Shown piece by piece: positions 29,349 to 38,794 of a DNA stretch of 64,000 nt (the stretch's first letter is position 1; each line of letters opens with the position of its first letter). The DNA is from Abditibacterium sp. (GTDB lineage Bacteria; Armatimonadota; Abditibacteriia; Abditibacteriales; Abditibacteriaceae), in NCBI GenBank assembly GCA_965199495.1, contig CBDASK010000003.1, positions 1,280,001 through 1,344,000 on the forward strand, in the 5' to 3' direction. Below the pieces are notes generated by a model. The model was not told the DNA's origin and ran no database searches. It worked only from the letters and a program-made list of their open reading frames with translations. A program made the position numbers and the translations under genes.

Positions 29349-31061
29349 TTGACACAAACTAAAACACCGATTTGGGGCTGGCCCCTGTTGCTCGTCTTGT
29401 GCGGCATCACCTTTTTTCTGGGACTGGGCGGTTTGCCGCTCGTTGGCCCCGACGAACCGCGTTACGCCGAAATCGGGCGCGAAATGTTCGCTTCGGGCGA
29501 TTGGATTACGCCGCGACTGAGCGGTTATTTATGGTTCGAGAAACCGATTTGGCTCTACTGGGGCGAGGCGATTTCTTATCATTTATTTGGCGTCAATGAG
29601 TTCGCCGCGCGCTTTCCGTCGGCGCTGTCGGCGCTGATTACGGTGGGTTTCGTCGCGTTTGTCGTCGGTAAATTGGTGTCGCGGCGCTGGGGCTTATTGT
29701 CGGGCGGCGTGTTGGCGACCAGCGCGCTGTGGCTGGGGCTGGCGCGCGGCGCCTCGACCGATATGGTTTTATCGTGCTGGATCGCCGTGGCTGTGTTGGC
29801 GGGCCATCTGGCGATACGCTCGGCGGGCAAAGCGCGCACGGGTTACTGGCTTTTGTTCACGTTCGCGCTGGGCGTTTCGATGCTCGCTAAAGGTCTCATC
29901 GGCATTTTGCTGATTTGCTTGATTCTGGGCATTCACCGTTTGTTAATGAAGCGTCCGATTGGCAAATCAATGCGGCGTAATGCGGCGTTGTTGTGGGGCG
30001 GCATCGCCGTTTTCACGCTGACAATCGCCAGTTGGTATGTTCCGGTCACGCTCGCCAACGGCATGGTTTTTATCGACGAATTTTTCGTCAATCATCATTT
30101 CAAGCGGTTTCTGACCAATGAATATCACCATTTGCAACCGCCCTATTTTTATCTGTTTGTGGCGTTTGCCGGATTGTTGCCGTGGCCATTTTTCCTGCCC
30201 GGTGCTTTTGCGCGCCTGAAAAAGTTGGCCGCGCGCGATAGCGAAGGCGGCGAATTATTGTTGCTGGCGTGGGTTTGGGCGATTATTCCCATCGCGTTTT
30301 TCTCGATTTCCAAATCGAAATTGCCCGCCTACATTTTGCCGTCGTTTCCGCCGCTCGCGATTTTGCTCGGCTGGGAAATCGAGCGCATCTGGCGCGGCGA
30401 AATCGACGTTTGGGGAAAAATTGGGCTGGGCCTGACTTCCGCCGTGGCTGCGGTCATCGGCATCGCGTTTGTGGTCGCAGTCTTCAAAGAGAGCGTTGCG
30501 GTGAGTGGGCTGGGATTCATCGGTTTGATTTTGCCGCCGCTCGTTGGCATCGGCGCTTTGGTCGCGTTCTTTCTCAAGAAGCGCGAAGCAGCCACCGGCG
30601 CGACAATGGTCTTGACCGCCAGCGTGATTTTGGCGGCGGCGATGCTATTGTTCCCGCATCTGTCGCACGACCTCAGCCGCAAAGAGCTTTCGGTCGCCGC
30701 GTTTAACGCGCTCAAGCCGGGCGAAAATCTCGTTTATTACAAAAAGGAAAAGGAATACGCGCCGGTCTTTTACGCGCGCGGGCGCGTGATTTTTTATAAG
30801 CAAGTCAACGATGCCAACAAAAAACCGATTCCCGGCAAAAGCACGTTGTTGCCCAAAAACACGCTCACGCCCGGCGACGAAATTGACGCTTTAACACCCG
30901 ACGAATTGAAATTGGCGATTCGCCAATCGCCGACCAAAAGCGTCATCGCGATTACCAAACCCGAAGCCGCCATCGAACTGGCCAGCGCGCCACATTTGCA
31001 GACCGCATTGATTTACCAGCAGGGCAAAGTGATGGCGTTGCGGGTGACTGAGTTGCCGTGA
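29349..31061 (+). CDS. ArnT-family (GT39/GT83) glycosyltransferase, tandem paralog
   Basis: GPDEPRYAEIGREM, EKPIWLYW, LAKGLIG and SKLPAYILP; TTG start just after the previous stop. Confidence 0.9.
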   Translation: MTQTKTPIWGWPLLLVLCGITFFLGLGGLPLVGPDEPRYAEIGREMFASGDWITPRLSGYLWFEKPIWLYWGEAISYHLFGVNEFAARFPSALSALITVGFVAFVVGKLVSRRWGLLSGGVLATSALWLGLARGASTDMVLSCWIAVAVLAGHLAIRSAGKARTGYWLLFTFALGVSMLAKGLIGILLICLILGIHRLLMKRPIGKSMRRNAALLWGGIAVFTLTIASWYVPVTLANGMVFIDEFFVNHHFKRFLTNEYHHLQPPYFYLFVAFAGLLPWPFFLPGAFARLKKLAARDSEGGELLLLAWVWAIIPIAFFSISKSKLPAYILPSFPPLAILLGWEIERIWRGEIDVWGKIGLGLTSAVAAVIGIAFVVAVFKESVAVSGLGFIGLILPPLVGIGALVAFFLKKREAATGATMVLTASVILAAAMLLFPHLSHDLSRKELSVAAFNALKPGENLVYYKKEKEYAPVFYARGRVIFYKQVNDANKKPIPGKSTLLPKNTLTPGDEIDALTPDELKLAIRQSPTKSVIAITKPEAAIELASAPHLQTALIYQQGKVMALRVTELP

Positions 31062-31130
31062 GCTTTTTTGTGGCGGATTTCACACTTTGATTATTTAATC
31101 TGACACTTCAATTTGCAGCAATTCTCACTT

Positions 31131-31210
31131 TTAGCGGGGCTGACGCACCCTTCCAATCGGCGTGCTTTCGAGGAACTCTACCGATTGGAAGGGTGCGTCA
31201 GCCCCGCTAA
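31131..31210. repeat. GGGGCTGACGCACCCTTCC-family REP-like palindrome
   Basis: ttagcggggctgacgcacccttccaatcgg ... ccgattggaagggtgcgtcagccccgctaa; perfect arms. Confidence 0.88.
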
Positions 31211-31284
31211 TTTTCTATTTCAACAAGGATCAAATACTCAAGATATAAAAATCGCCGCAAAACGCTCTAAACTCAACATATAAA

Positions 31285-32352
31285 ATGAACGCCGCCGCCA
31301 CTTTAACGCCGCATCAACTGCCCGAATTTTTGCTCAATGTGGCCATCGTGCGCCCGGTTTTTATCTGGGGGCCGCCCGGCATCGGCAAATCGGCGCTCGT
31401 CCAAGAGTTCGCGTTTTCATTGGGCCTCGATTGCGTTTCGCTGTTGGGCAGCCAACTGGCGCCCGAAGATTTGATCGGCGTGCCACAAATCATCGATGGC
31501 AAATCGCGTTTTTGCCCGCCGCGTTCCATCGCGCGCGATACGCCGTATTGTCTGTTTTTGGACGAACTCAACGCCTGTTCGCACGAAGTCCAAAAAGCGT
31601 TTTACTCGCTGATTCACGACCGCAAACTGGGCGAATACGAATTGCCCGCCGGTTCGATTGTGATTGGCGCGGGCAACCGCGCGCAGGACGCGGCGATTGT
31701 CAAACCGATGTCGTCGGCGCTGCTCAATCGCATGGTTCACGTTCACCTCACGGCCTCGGCGCGCGAGTGGCTGGCGTGGGCGCACGCCACCGGAATTCAT
31801 CCGCTCGTCATCGATTATCTGGGCGCGCGGCCCGACCATTTGTGGAGCGCGCCGCCCAAGCACGAAGAGCCGTTTTCGACGCCGCGTTCGTGGCACATGT
31901 TTTCCGACGCGCTGTGGGCGTTCGCGGCGGGCGACGCCGAAAAGTTGCCGCCCGAAACCACGCTCACCGCTCTGGCATTCGGTTGCCTGACGCCTTCGCA
32001 CGCCACGCAATTCAAAGCGTTTTGCAAACAGGTTCGCAGCAAATTCGCGCTCGATTCGATTATCAAAGGCGAGGCGCGCTGGCCGCAACAGCCCGAAGAC
32101 CGCGACGTTTTATATTTCTTGGCGCAGAGTTTTCGCGCGCGCCTCGCCAAAGAGTTGCCGCTCGACAAAGCCAAACTCAGCGGCCACGCCGCCGAGTTGG
32201 CGTTTCGCGCCAAAGCGATGATCAAAGATTTGGCCAACATCAGCCTCGAAATCGCGCAAATCGCAGTTTCGACCGAAGATGGTCAAGCATTGCCCGGTTG
32301 GTTTTTAGCCGATGTTGTGCGCGATTTGCCGCGTTTGGTGGAGAAGAAGTAA
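31285..32352 (+). CDS. AAA+ ATPase (MoxR/dynein-related)
   Basis: WGPPGIGKS (Walker A), LFLDE (Walker B), GAGNR, ALLNRM and TPRSW. Confidence 0.9.
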   Translation: MNAAATLTPHQLPEFLLNVAIVRPVFIWGPPGIGKSALVQEFAFSLGLDCVSLLGSQLAPEDLIGVPQIIDGKSRFCPPRSIARDTPYCLFLDELNACSHEVQKAFYSLIHDRKLGEYELPAGSIVIGAGNRAQDAAIVKPMSSALLNRMVHVHLTASAREWLAWAHATGIHPLVIDYLGARPDHLWSAPPKHEEPFSTPRSWHMFSDALWAFAAGDAEKLPPETTLTALAFGCLTPSHATQFKAFCKQVRSKFALDSIIKGEARWPQQPEDRDVLYFLAQSFRARLAKELPLDKAKLSGHAAELAFRAKAMIKDLANISLEIAQIAVSTEDGQALPGWFLADVVRDLPRLVEKK

Positions 32353-32355
32353 GTA

Positions 32356-32650
32356 AGCCACAGAGTTCGCAGAGAAACACACAGAGTGGCACAAAGAGAT
32401 TTGATGTTTTCGGGAATGACGCAGTTAGCCCGCATTTGTCATTTCGAGCGCAGCCGAGAAATCTTGCGGCTCCGCGCCAGCGGGAATGAGGGGATTGCCT
32501 TTTTGTAAAAGCCATTGAGACTTGCGCTGCCGCGCGGGCGTAAGATTTCTCGGCTGCGCTCGAAATGACAAATGCGGGCTAACTGCGTCATTCCCGAAAA
32601 CATCAAATCTCTTTGTGTTTCTCTGTGTGTTCTCTGTGAACTCTGTGGCT
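32356..32650. mobile_element. Triple-nested palindromic element (about 295 bp)
   Basis: Outer AGCCACAGAG arms, a GGGAATGACGCAG/CTGCGTCATTCCC shell at 32411-32596, and inner GTCATTTCGAGCG...GAAATCT units. Confidence 0.8.
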
Positions 32651-32659
32651 AAAAACGTC

Positions 32660-34477
32660 ATGCCCCGCAAAACCAAGCCGCAACCGCAAAACGACATCGC
32701 CGCGCGCCAATTCGCGTTGGGTCAGCAACTGCTGAGCGAAAGCCCGCTCTTTAATCCGCTGTTGTTGCACGCCGAAATCGTGCGGCAACACAACGGCATC
32801 GTGCCACGCGATGGCTGGGCGCTCGTGCGGCGCGATGGAACGATTTTCGTTCATCCGACGCGGCGCGCCGAACCGCAGGAGTGGCAGTGGATTTTGGGGC
32901 ATTGCTTGCTGCACTTGGCGTTCGAGCATTTTCGCGAGGACAACTCGCCCGCGTGGAACGCGGCGTGCGATGCGGTTGTCGCGCGCTTTTTGGCCGATAC
33001 CAAAACCGGCGCGCCGCCGCTCGAATTGACGCAAATCCTGCCGCCATTGCCTTCGCGCGACGAACACCAGCTGGCGCGGCAGTTCGAGCGCGACGGCATT
33101 CCCGCTGCTTTTGGCAACATCGGAACGGCGGGCATCGGCGCGCTCGATATGCAATGGAGCGAGGCGCCGCGAAGGGATTGGTATCGCGGCGCGGCGCTCG
33201 ATTGGGCGCAGATTTTCGCCAACGGACTCAGCCACGCCGTCACTCATGCCGTGCGCGTGGCTGCGGGTGTCGCTGGCGAATTTGACCGCGACAATGGCAA
33301 ACAGACCCGCGCGCAAAAGGCGCGCAGTTGGTTTATCGCGTCCTATCCGCTTTTGGGCGCCCTCGCGGCGGCGTTCGAGTTGATTGAAGACAGGACGATT
33401 TGCGCGCAACAAGAAATCTTGGTCGCCGCGATTAACGTGCGGCGACGCATCATTTACATGAACCCGGCGGCGGGCATGAGCGAGGGCCAGTGCCGTTTCG
33501 TGATGGCGCACGAGTTCCTGCACGCGGCCCTGCGCCACGACGCAAGACGCGGCGGGCGCGACGCTTATCTCTGGAATATTTCGTGCGATTACGTTATCAA
33601 TGATTGGTTGCTCGAAATGGGCATCGGCGATGCGCCGACGTTTGGCATGTTGCACGATCCGGCGCTGCGCGGCCAGAGCGCCGAGGCGATTTACGATTTG
33701 GTGACCAAAGATTTGCGGCGTTATCGCAAGTTGCAGACGATGCGCGGCTTTGGCAAATCGGATATTCTGGGCGACGACACGCCGTGGTGGAAAATCGGCG
33801 AGGGCATGACGCTCGATGCGTGGTATCGCGGCGCACTTTGCCAAGGTTTGGCTTACCACGAAGGCGAAGGGCGCGGTTTGTTGCCCGCCGGGTTAGTGCA
33901 GGAAATTCGCGCTTTGGAAATGCCGGTCGTGCCGTGGGATGTCGAGTTGGCGCAGTGGTTTGATGCGCACTTCTCGCCACTCGAAAAGCGGCGTTCGTAT
34001 GCGCGACTCAGCCGCCGCCAGAGTTCGGCGCCCGACATCGTGATGCCCGCTTTTGTCACGCCCGAAGAAGCGCATTATTCGCGCACATTTGGCGTGGTTT
34101 TGGACACGTCGGGTTCGATGCCGCGCGAACTTTTGGGCAAAGCATTGGGCACGATTGCGTCGTATGCCATCGCGCACGAAGTGGCGGCGGTGCGCGTGGT
34201 TTTCTGCGACGCCAGCGCCTACGACGAGGGTTGGATGGCGCCCGAAGACATCGCCGGGAACGTCGTGATTCGCGGGCGCGGCGGCACGATTTTGCAGCCC
34301 GCCATTGATTTATTGGAAAGCGCGCCCGATTTTCCCAACAATGGCCCGATTTTGATTTTGACCGACGCGCAGTGCGAAAGCGATTTAATCGTGCATCGCG
34401 ATCACGCGTTCGTCGCGCCGAGGGGCGCGCGCTTTCCGTTTCGCCCGCGCGGGCCGGTGTTCGAGTTATCGGGATAA
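32660..34477 (+). CDS. vWA-like domain protein with metallopeptidase domain(s) (DUF2201-like)
   Basis: AHEFLHAALRH (HExxH), WNISCDYVIN, VVLDTSGSM (MIDAS), RGRGGT and ILTD; ATG at 32660. Confidence 0.85.
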   Translation: MPRKTKPQPQNDIAARQFALGQQLLSESPLFNPLLLHAEIVRQHNGIVPRDGWALVRRDGTIFVHPTRRAEPQEWQWILGHCLLHLAFEHFREDNSPAWNAACDAVVARFLADTKTGAPPLELTQILPPLPSRDEHQLARQFERDGIPAAFGNIGTAGIGALDMQWSEAPRRDWYRGAALDWAQIFANGLSHAVTHAVRVAAGVAGEFDRDNGKQTRAQKARSWFIASYPLLGALAAAFELIEDRTICAQQEILVAAINVRRRIIYMNPAAGMSEGQCRFVMAHEFLHAALRHDARRGGRDAYLWNISCDYVINDWLLEMGIGDAPTFGMLHDPALRGQSAEAIYDLVTKDLRRYRKLQTMRGFGKSDILGDDTPWWKIGEGMTLDAWYRGALCQGLAYHEGEGRGLLPAGLVQEIRALEMPVVPWDVELAQWFDAHFSPLEKRRSYARLSRRQSSAPDIVMPAFVTPEEAHYSRTFGVVLDTSGSMPRELLGKALGTIASYAIAHEVAAVRVVFCDASAYDEGWMAPEDIAGNVVIRGRGGTILQPAIDLLESAPDFPNNGPILILTDAQCESDLIVHRDHAFVAPRGARFPFRPRGPVFELSG

Positions 34478-34858
34478 ATCGCCGCACGGAAAGCGGCCCG
34501 CGCGGTATTCCTGCCACAATGCACCCAGCCATTCGTCGCTATAATCGGCTTGTAACGCGCGCGCGAGCAAATCGAAATCGTCGGCGACGCAAGCAGCCAC
34601 GTCGGCGTGGCTGCTGATGGCGAGAGCGCGTTTGAATGCCCATTCGCAAAGTTCGTCAATCATCACATTTTTGGTTTGACGCTCGCCCTCGACTTCAATG
34701 TCTTGCACCGCGCTATAAACGCGCATCCATTCGGCATCGAAAATCTGGCTATCGCGCGCATTGAGCATTTGATTGGCGATTTTTGGATCGGAAAAATGGA
34801 GGGCGCCCAATAAATCGAGGGCGCACGCCTGAGCATTAAATTTGGAAACTTTGTCCAT
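34466..34858 (-). CDS. Hypothetical protein
   Basis: 130-aa ORF downstream of the PilB-like gene; natural amino acid composition. Confidence 0.6.
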   Translation of the reverse strand: MDKVSKFNAQACALDLLGALHFSDPKIANQMLNARDSQIFDAEWMRVYSAVQDIEVEGERQTKNVMIDELCEWAFKRALAISSHADVAACVADDFDLLARALQADYSDEWLGALWQEYRAGRFPCGDLSR

Positions 34859-34919
34859 AATTCAGGGCGTGAGCAGAATACTTGCCGTTTCGCCCGCGCG
34901 GCAACTGCGTCACTCCTCT

Positions 34920-36509
34920 CTAATCTTCGTGGCCGACCAGAACTTTCATCGCTTGCTGCGGCGACAGATAACCGGCCAATAACTTGGCGCGCGCGTCGTC
35001 GCGCAGACTGGAAAAGCCTTCTTCGCGGGCGGCGCGGCGCAGTTCGTCGCTGTCTTTTTGCGCCATGATCGCGCGGCGCAGTTTCGGCCCGATTTCGAGC
35101 ATTTCGACAATCGCCACGCGGCCCTTGGTGCCCGTGCCGCCGCAATGTTCGCAACCAACGCCTTTCATCAATTGCGTGCCGACTGGCAAATCGAAAAAGT
35201 TCAGCCACTCTTCCATTTCGGGGTCGTCGGCGGGAATCGGTTGGCGACAAAAACGGCAACTCAGGCGGGCCAATCGTTGGGCCAAAACGCCTTCGAGCGC
35301 CGAGGCGATGAGGTAGGCCGGAATGCCCATGTCCTGCAAGCGCGTGATGGCCGCGACCGCCGAGTTGGTGTGTAGCGTTGCCAACAGCAAATGGCCGGTC
35401 AGGGCGGCGCGCACAGCCACGTCGGCGGTTTCTTGATCGCGAATTTCGCCGACCAGAATCGTATCGGGGTCTTGGCGCAAAATCGAACGCAACGCGCGCG
35501 CGAAAGTCAGGCCGATTTCGGAATGCACGCTGGTTTGTGTCACGCCGCGCAGTTCGTATTCGACCGGGTCTTCGACGGTGATGACGTTTTTGGTCTCGTC
35601 GCGCGAAGCCGCTAAGGCCGCGTAAAGCGTGGTGGTTTTGCCCGAACCGGTCGGGCCGGTCACCAAAATCATGCCGTGCGAACGCGTCAGCATCGAGTAA
35701 AAGCGCTTTTGATCTTTGGGCGAAAATCCCAGTTGGCCCAAATCGGTGACGAGCGACGAGTGATCCAACAAACGCATCACGATTTTTTCGCCGTGCAGGT
35801 TGGGCAACGTCGAGACGCGAAAATCGAAAGTGCGCGTGCCGTATTTGGCGCGAAAACGTCCGTCCTGGGGCAATCGCTGTTCGGTGATGTCAATGTTGGC
35901 CAGCACTTTGAAGCGCGAAATCAGCGGCAAACTCAAGTCGAGCGGCAAAATGCGGCGCGATTGCAGCAGCCCGTCAATGCGATAGCGCGGCAACAATCCT
36001 TCGGGCGTCGGTTCGAGGTGCAAGTCGGAAGCGCCATCGGCGATGGCCGCTTTGAGCATCTCGTTGGCGAAACGCACGACGGGCGCCAGCGCCGGGTCTT
36101 CCTCTTCGATTTCGGCGCCCTGAACGACGAAATTGCCTTCGATAGCGGCGACCTTGTTGGCGCCCAATCCGACTTCGCTGGCGGCGGGCGCGGCGGGCAT
36201 CGCCCGTTCGACGGGCGCTGGCGTGGCCGTCTCTACAACTCTGGGCGGGCGGGCCTGAAGCGGCTGCGATGCGCGCGGCGGCGCTTGATTTTGCCCGTTG
36301 GTTTGTCCGTTACCGGGCGCCGTGGCTGCATCGAGGGCGTTGGGGTCGAAGCGCAAAATTTCGCCGGGCGCGAGCGCGCCTAAACGCAACATCGTGCGCG
36401 AAAGCGATTCGCCTGTTAAGCGTTGCGCGGCGAAATCTTTGAGTTGATCGCGCGTCACCAAACCCGATCCATGCACGGCTCTTGCAAATTGTTCGTCAGT
36501 TATCATCAA
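34920..36509 (-). CDS. GspE/PilB family secretion/pilus assembly ATPase
   Basis: ASDLHLEP, RLPQDGR, TGPTGSGKTT, EDPVE, LRQDPD, TGHL and the tetra-Cys zinc site. Confidence 0.93.
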   Translation of the reverse strand: MMITDEQFARAVHGSGLVTRDQLKDFAAQRLTGESLSRTMLRLGALAPGEILRFDPNALDAATAPGNGQTNGQNQAPPRASQPLQARPPRVVETATPAPVERAMPAAPAASEVGLGANKVAAIEGNFVVQGAEIEEEDPALAPVVRFANEMLKAAIADGASDLHLEPTPEGLLPRYRIDGLLQSRRILPLDLSLPLISRFKVLANIDITEQRLPQDGRFRAKYGTRTFDFRVSTLPNLHGEKIVMRLLDHSSLVTDLGQLGFSPKDQKRFYSMLTRSHGMILVTGPTGSGKTTTLYAALAASRDETKNVITVEDPVEYELRGVTQTSVHSEIGLTFARALRSILRQDPDTILVGEIRDQETADVAVRAALTGHLLLATLHTNSAVAAITRLQDMGIPAYLIASALEGVLAQRLARLSCRFCRQPIPADDPEMEEWLNFFDLPVGTQLMKGVGCEHCGGTGTKGRVAIVEMLEIGPKLRRAIMAQKDSDELRRAAREEGFSSLRDDARAKLLAGYLSPQQAMKVLVGHED

Positions 36510-36636
36510 ATAATTCCTCTGTCAGTTATTTACGGCGAGTTTAGACGAACGAAGGCAATTCTCGTTGCGAATGCGTCTTCCGTAAATCGTGGCGCATAGA
36601 AATTCAATCCAACATTTGAAGCAGACGAAATGGCAT

Positions 36637-36708
36637 CGGGGCTGACGCACCCTTCCAAGCGGCGGTCTTTCGAGGAACTCCGCCGATTGGAAGAGGGCGT
36701 CAGCCCCG
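36637..36708. repeat. GGGGCTGACGCACCCTTCC-family REP-like palindrome
   Basis: cggggctgacgcacccttccaagcggcgg ... ccgccgattggaagagggcgtcagccccg. Confidence 0.85.
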
Positions 36709-36764
36709 CAGAACTATGGAGAATTGCGACAAACTTCAATTGGCAGGATAAATGTTCAAACGCT

Positions 36765-37673
36765 TCAAACTTCCACTTCTACCAGCGCCCGCACTTCCTC
36801 AAAGCGCGCGATGCCCGCTTGCGCGCCGACGCATCTGGCTTTGAGCGCCGCCGCCGCGCTCGCCCAATTTAAACGTTTGCATAGCGGCCAATCCCACGCC
36901 AGCGTCGCCGCGTAGACGCCGTGAAATACGTCGCCGCAACCGGTCGTGTCCAAGACTTGCGCCGGGAAAGCCGCGACATGAATCGTTTCTTTGCCATCGA
37001 ACGCCCACGCGCCATTTTCGCCCGCCGTGACGACAACGACGGCGCGCATTGGATTCCACAGCGCGCGAGCAGCCACGGCGGGCGCGCGTTCGCCGCACAA
37101 TTGCGCGGCGAAGTTTTGGCCCAGCACCAAATGGTCAACGAGCGGGAAGAAATCGGCCCAATCCGGCACGTTATCGCGCTCGAAATCGGCGACAACCGGC
37201 ACGCCATTTTCGCGCGCGATGCGGGCGGCGCGCGTGTTGCCCGCGCCGCCATAATGGTCAATGAGCAACACGCGCGAGGCCGCGATTTCATTGGCTGGCG
37301 GCGCGTCGGGCGGCGCGCCAACTAAACCCGGTTTTTGAAAAAATATCGCCCGCGTGTGCGCGGTTTGGTCAACGACAATCGTCGAACGAATCGCCGCCGC
37401 ATCGGCGCGCCACGAAACCAAATCGGTCGCGATGTTTTCTTGTTCCAAAATTTGCGCGACCTGCCGCGAAGTCGCGTCAAACCCCAACATTCCGCCATAA
37501 GCGCAGGTCGCACCCAGGCGCGCGCCCGCCACCAAAGCCGTCGCTGTCAGTCCGCCGCCCTGCGTTTGAGAATCGTTGACCAACACTTTGCCGTCGGGCG
37601 CGGGATAATTGTCCACGAACAACAATTCGTCAATCGTGGCGCAACCCAGGCCGAGAATATCGCGAGTTTTCAT
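36765..37673 (-). CDS. PfkB/ribokinase family carbohydrate kinase
   Basis: QGGGLTAT, VTAGENGA and DTTGCGDVFHG signature. Confidence 0.92.
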   Translation of the reverse strand: MKTRDILGLGCATIDELLFVDNYPAPDGKVLVNDSQTQGGGLTATALVAGARLGATCAYGGMLGFDATSRQVAQILEQENIATDLVSWRADAAAIRSTIVVDQTAHTRAIFFQKPGLVGAPPDAPPANEIAASRVLLIDHYGGAGNTRAARIARENGVPVVADFERDNVPDWADFFPLVDHLVLGQNFAAQLCGERAPAVAARALWNPMRAVVVVTAGENGAWAFDGKETIHVAAFPAQVLDTTGCGDVFHGVYAATLAWDWPLCKRLNWASAAAALKARCVGAQAGIARFEEVRALVEVEV

Positions 37674-37676
37674 CGT

Positions 37677-37777
37677 AAAGGGACAAGGAGCAGGGGACAA
37701 GGGACAAGGTAAATGGAAAGCGAGAAGGAGAAATGGCGACAACTCCTTGTTCCCTGTCCCCTGCTCCTTGTCCCTTT
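37677..37777. repeat. Inverted heptamer tandem arrays (GGGACAA / TTGTCCC type)
   Basis: aaagggacaaggagcaggggacaagggacaagg ... ccttgttccctgtcccctgctccttgtcccttt. Confidence 0.82.
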
Positions 37778-38519
37778 AATTTCGCACGCATTTGAGCGCG
37801 ATATTGTAACTCAATTTGCCCCAGTTCACGTCGAAATCCCAGCCGCGCACACGGCGTAACGTCCGAAAATCTTGCCAGTAAGAGCGTTTGGAACTGAGCG
37901 CATCGTAAGCGTTTTCGACGCCGTAAAGCAACGGGTAAAGCAGCAATCCGCCGTAATAAATCTCTTCGACGCGCCAGTTTTTGCCCAGCAAATGACGCAA
38001 CTGGCCGTAAGTATAATGGCGATGCCAATCGAAATTGAAATTTTGATAAAATTTGCCGCCGCCCGGTTTGGGAATGCCCATTTTGGAAACGGTTTTGAGC
38101 AACGAATTCAACCGATTATCCGGGTCAAAGCCGCCGAATAATCCGCGATGCGGCGTCGAAAGCGCCAAAACGCCGCCGGGTTTGGTGACGCGCGCGATTT
38201 CGTTTAAAGTCGCGCGGTCATCGCGCGTGTGTTCCAAAACTTCGGTCAGCATGACGGCGCCAAACGACGCGTCGTCGAAGGGCAAATTTTCGCCGTTAGA
38301 AAAGACGAACTCGCATTCGGGAAACTCGGTTTTGGCCCAGTCCAAATTTTTCTGATTATGGTCAATGCCAACGGCGTGACCGCACTTTTTGCCGAGCCAT
38401 TGCGTATAAATCCCGTTGCCGCAACCGACATCGAGAACGGGGCCAGTTTCGGGCAACCAATCGTAGAGCAAGCGATAGCGGTCGAGCAGTTCGTGGCGAT
38501 AAGTGACGGGAGTGGACAC
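37776..38519 (-). CDS. Class I SAM-dependent methyltransferase
   Basis: VLDVGCGNG, LPFDDASF, EVLEH and KPGGVLALSTP. Confidence 0.88.
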   Translation of the reverse strand: MSTPVTYRHELLDRYRLLYDWLPETGPVLDVGCGNGIYTQWLGKKCGHAVGIDHNQKNLDWAKTEFPECEFVFSNGENLPFDDASFGAVMLTEVLEHTRDDRATLNEIARVTKPGGVLALSTPHRGLFGGFDPDNRLNSLLKTVSKMGIPKPGGGKFYQNFNFDWHRHYTYGQLRHLLGKNWRVEEIYYGGLLLYPLLYGVENAYDALSSKRSYWQDFRTLRRVRGWDFDVNWGKLSYNIALKCVRN

Positions 38520-38685
38520 GAGGAAAGGATAAAGGATTAAGGCTGAAGGATAAAGGGGACTGCGTGAGTTGAACGGGCAATCGGGTGTATTTGCCGAATC
38601 GTAAAAGCGCGGCGAACCCGCCGTGGCTGTTTTGGCGCTGCGGGCCGATGCGCCGCCGACGGCAATGCAAATTTCGGCATATAAA

Positions 38686-38712
38686 ACCCCGCGAATTTGG
38701 CGGTTCGCGGGG
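38686..38712 (-). terminator. Putative terminator downstream of the DUF1559 gene
   Basis: accccgcgaa-tttggcgg-ttcgcggggt hairpin preceded by an A-run (U-tail on the minus strand). Confidence 0.55.
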
Positions 38713-38794
38713 TGTAGACATTGGAGTTTATGGGGAGTTTCTGTCGAAATTCGATGGCGGTTAGAAAGTCACGCAAACGTTTCGGCTGTTGGAA

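Noticed and set aside
32240..32697. Small ORFs sharing RFLGCARNDKCGLTASFPKTSNLF, and the 32522 start for the vWA gene
   Set aside because: Translations of the nested palindrome; the real start is more plausibly ATG 32660.
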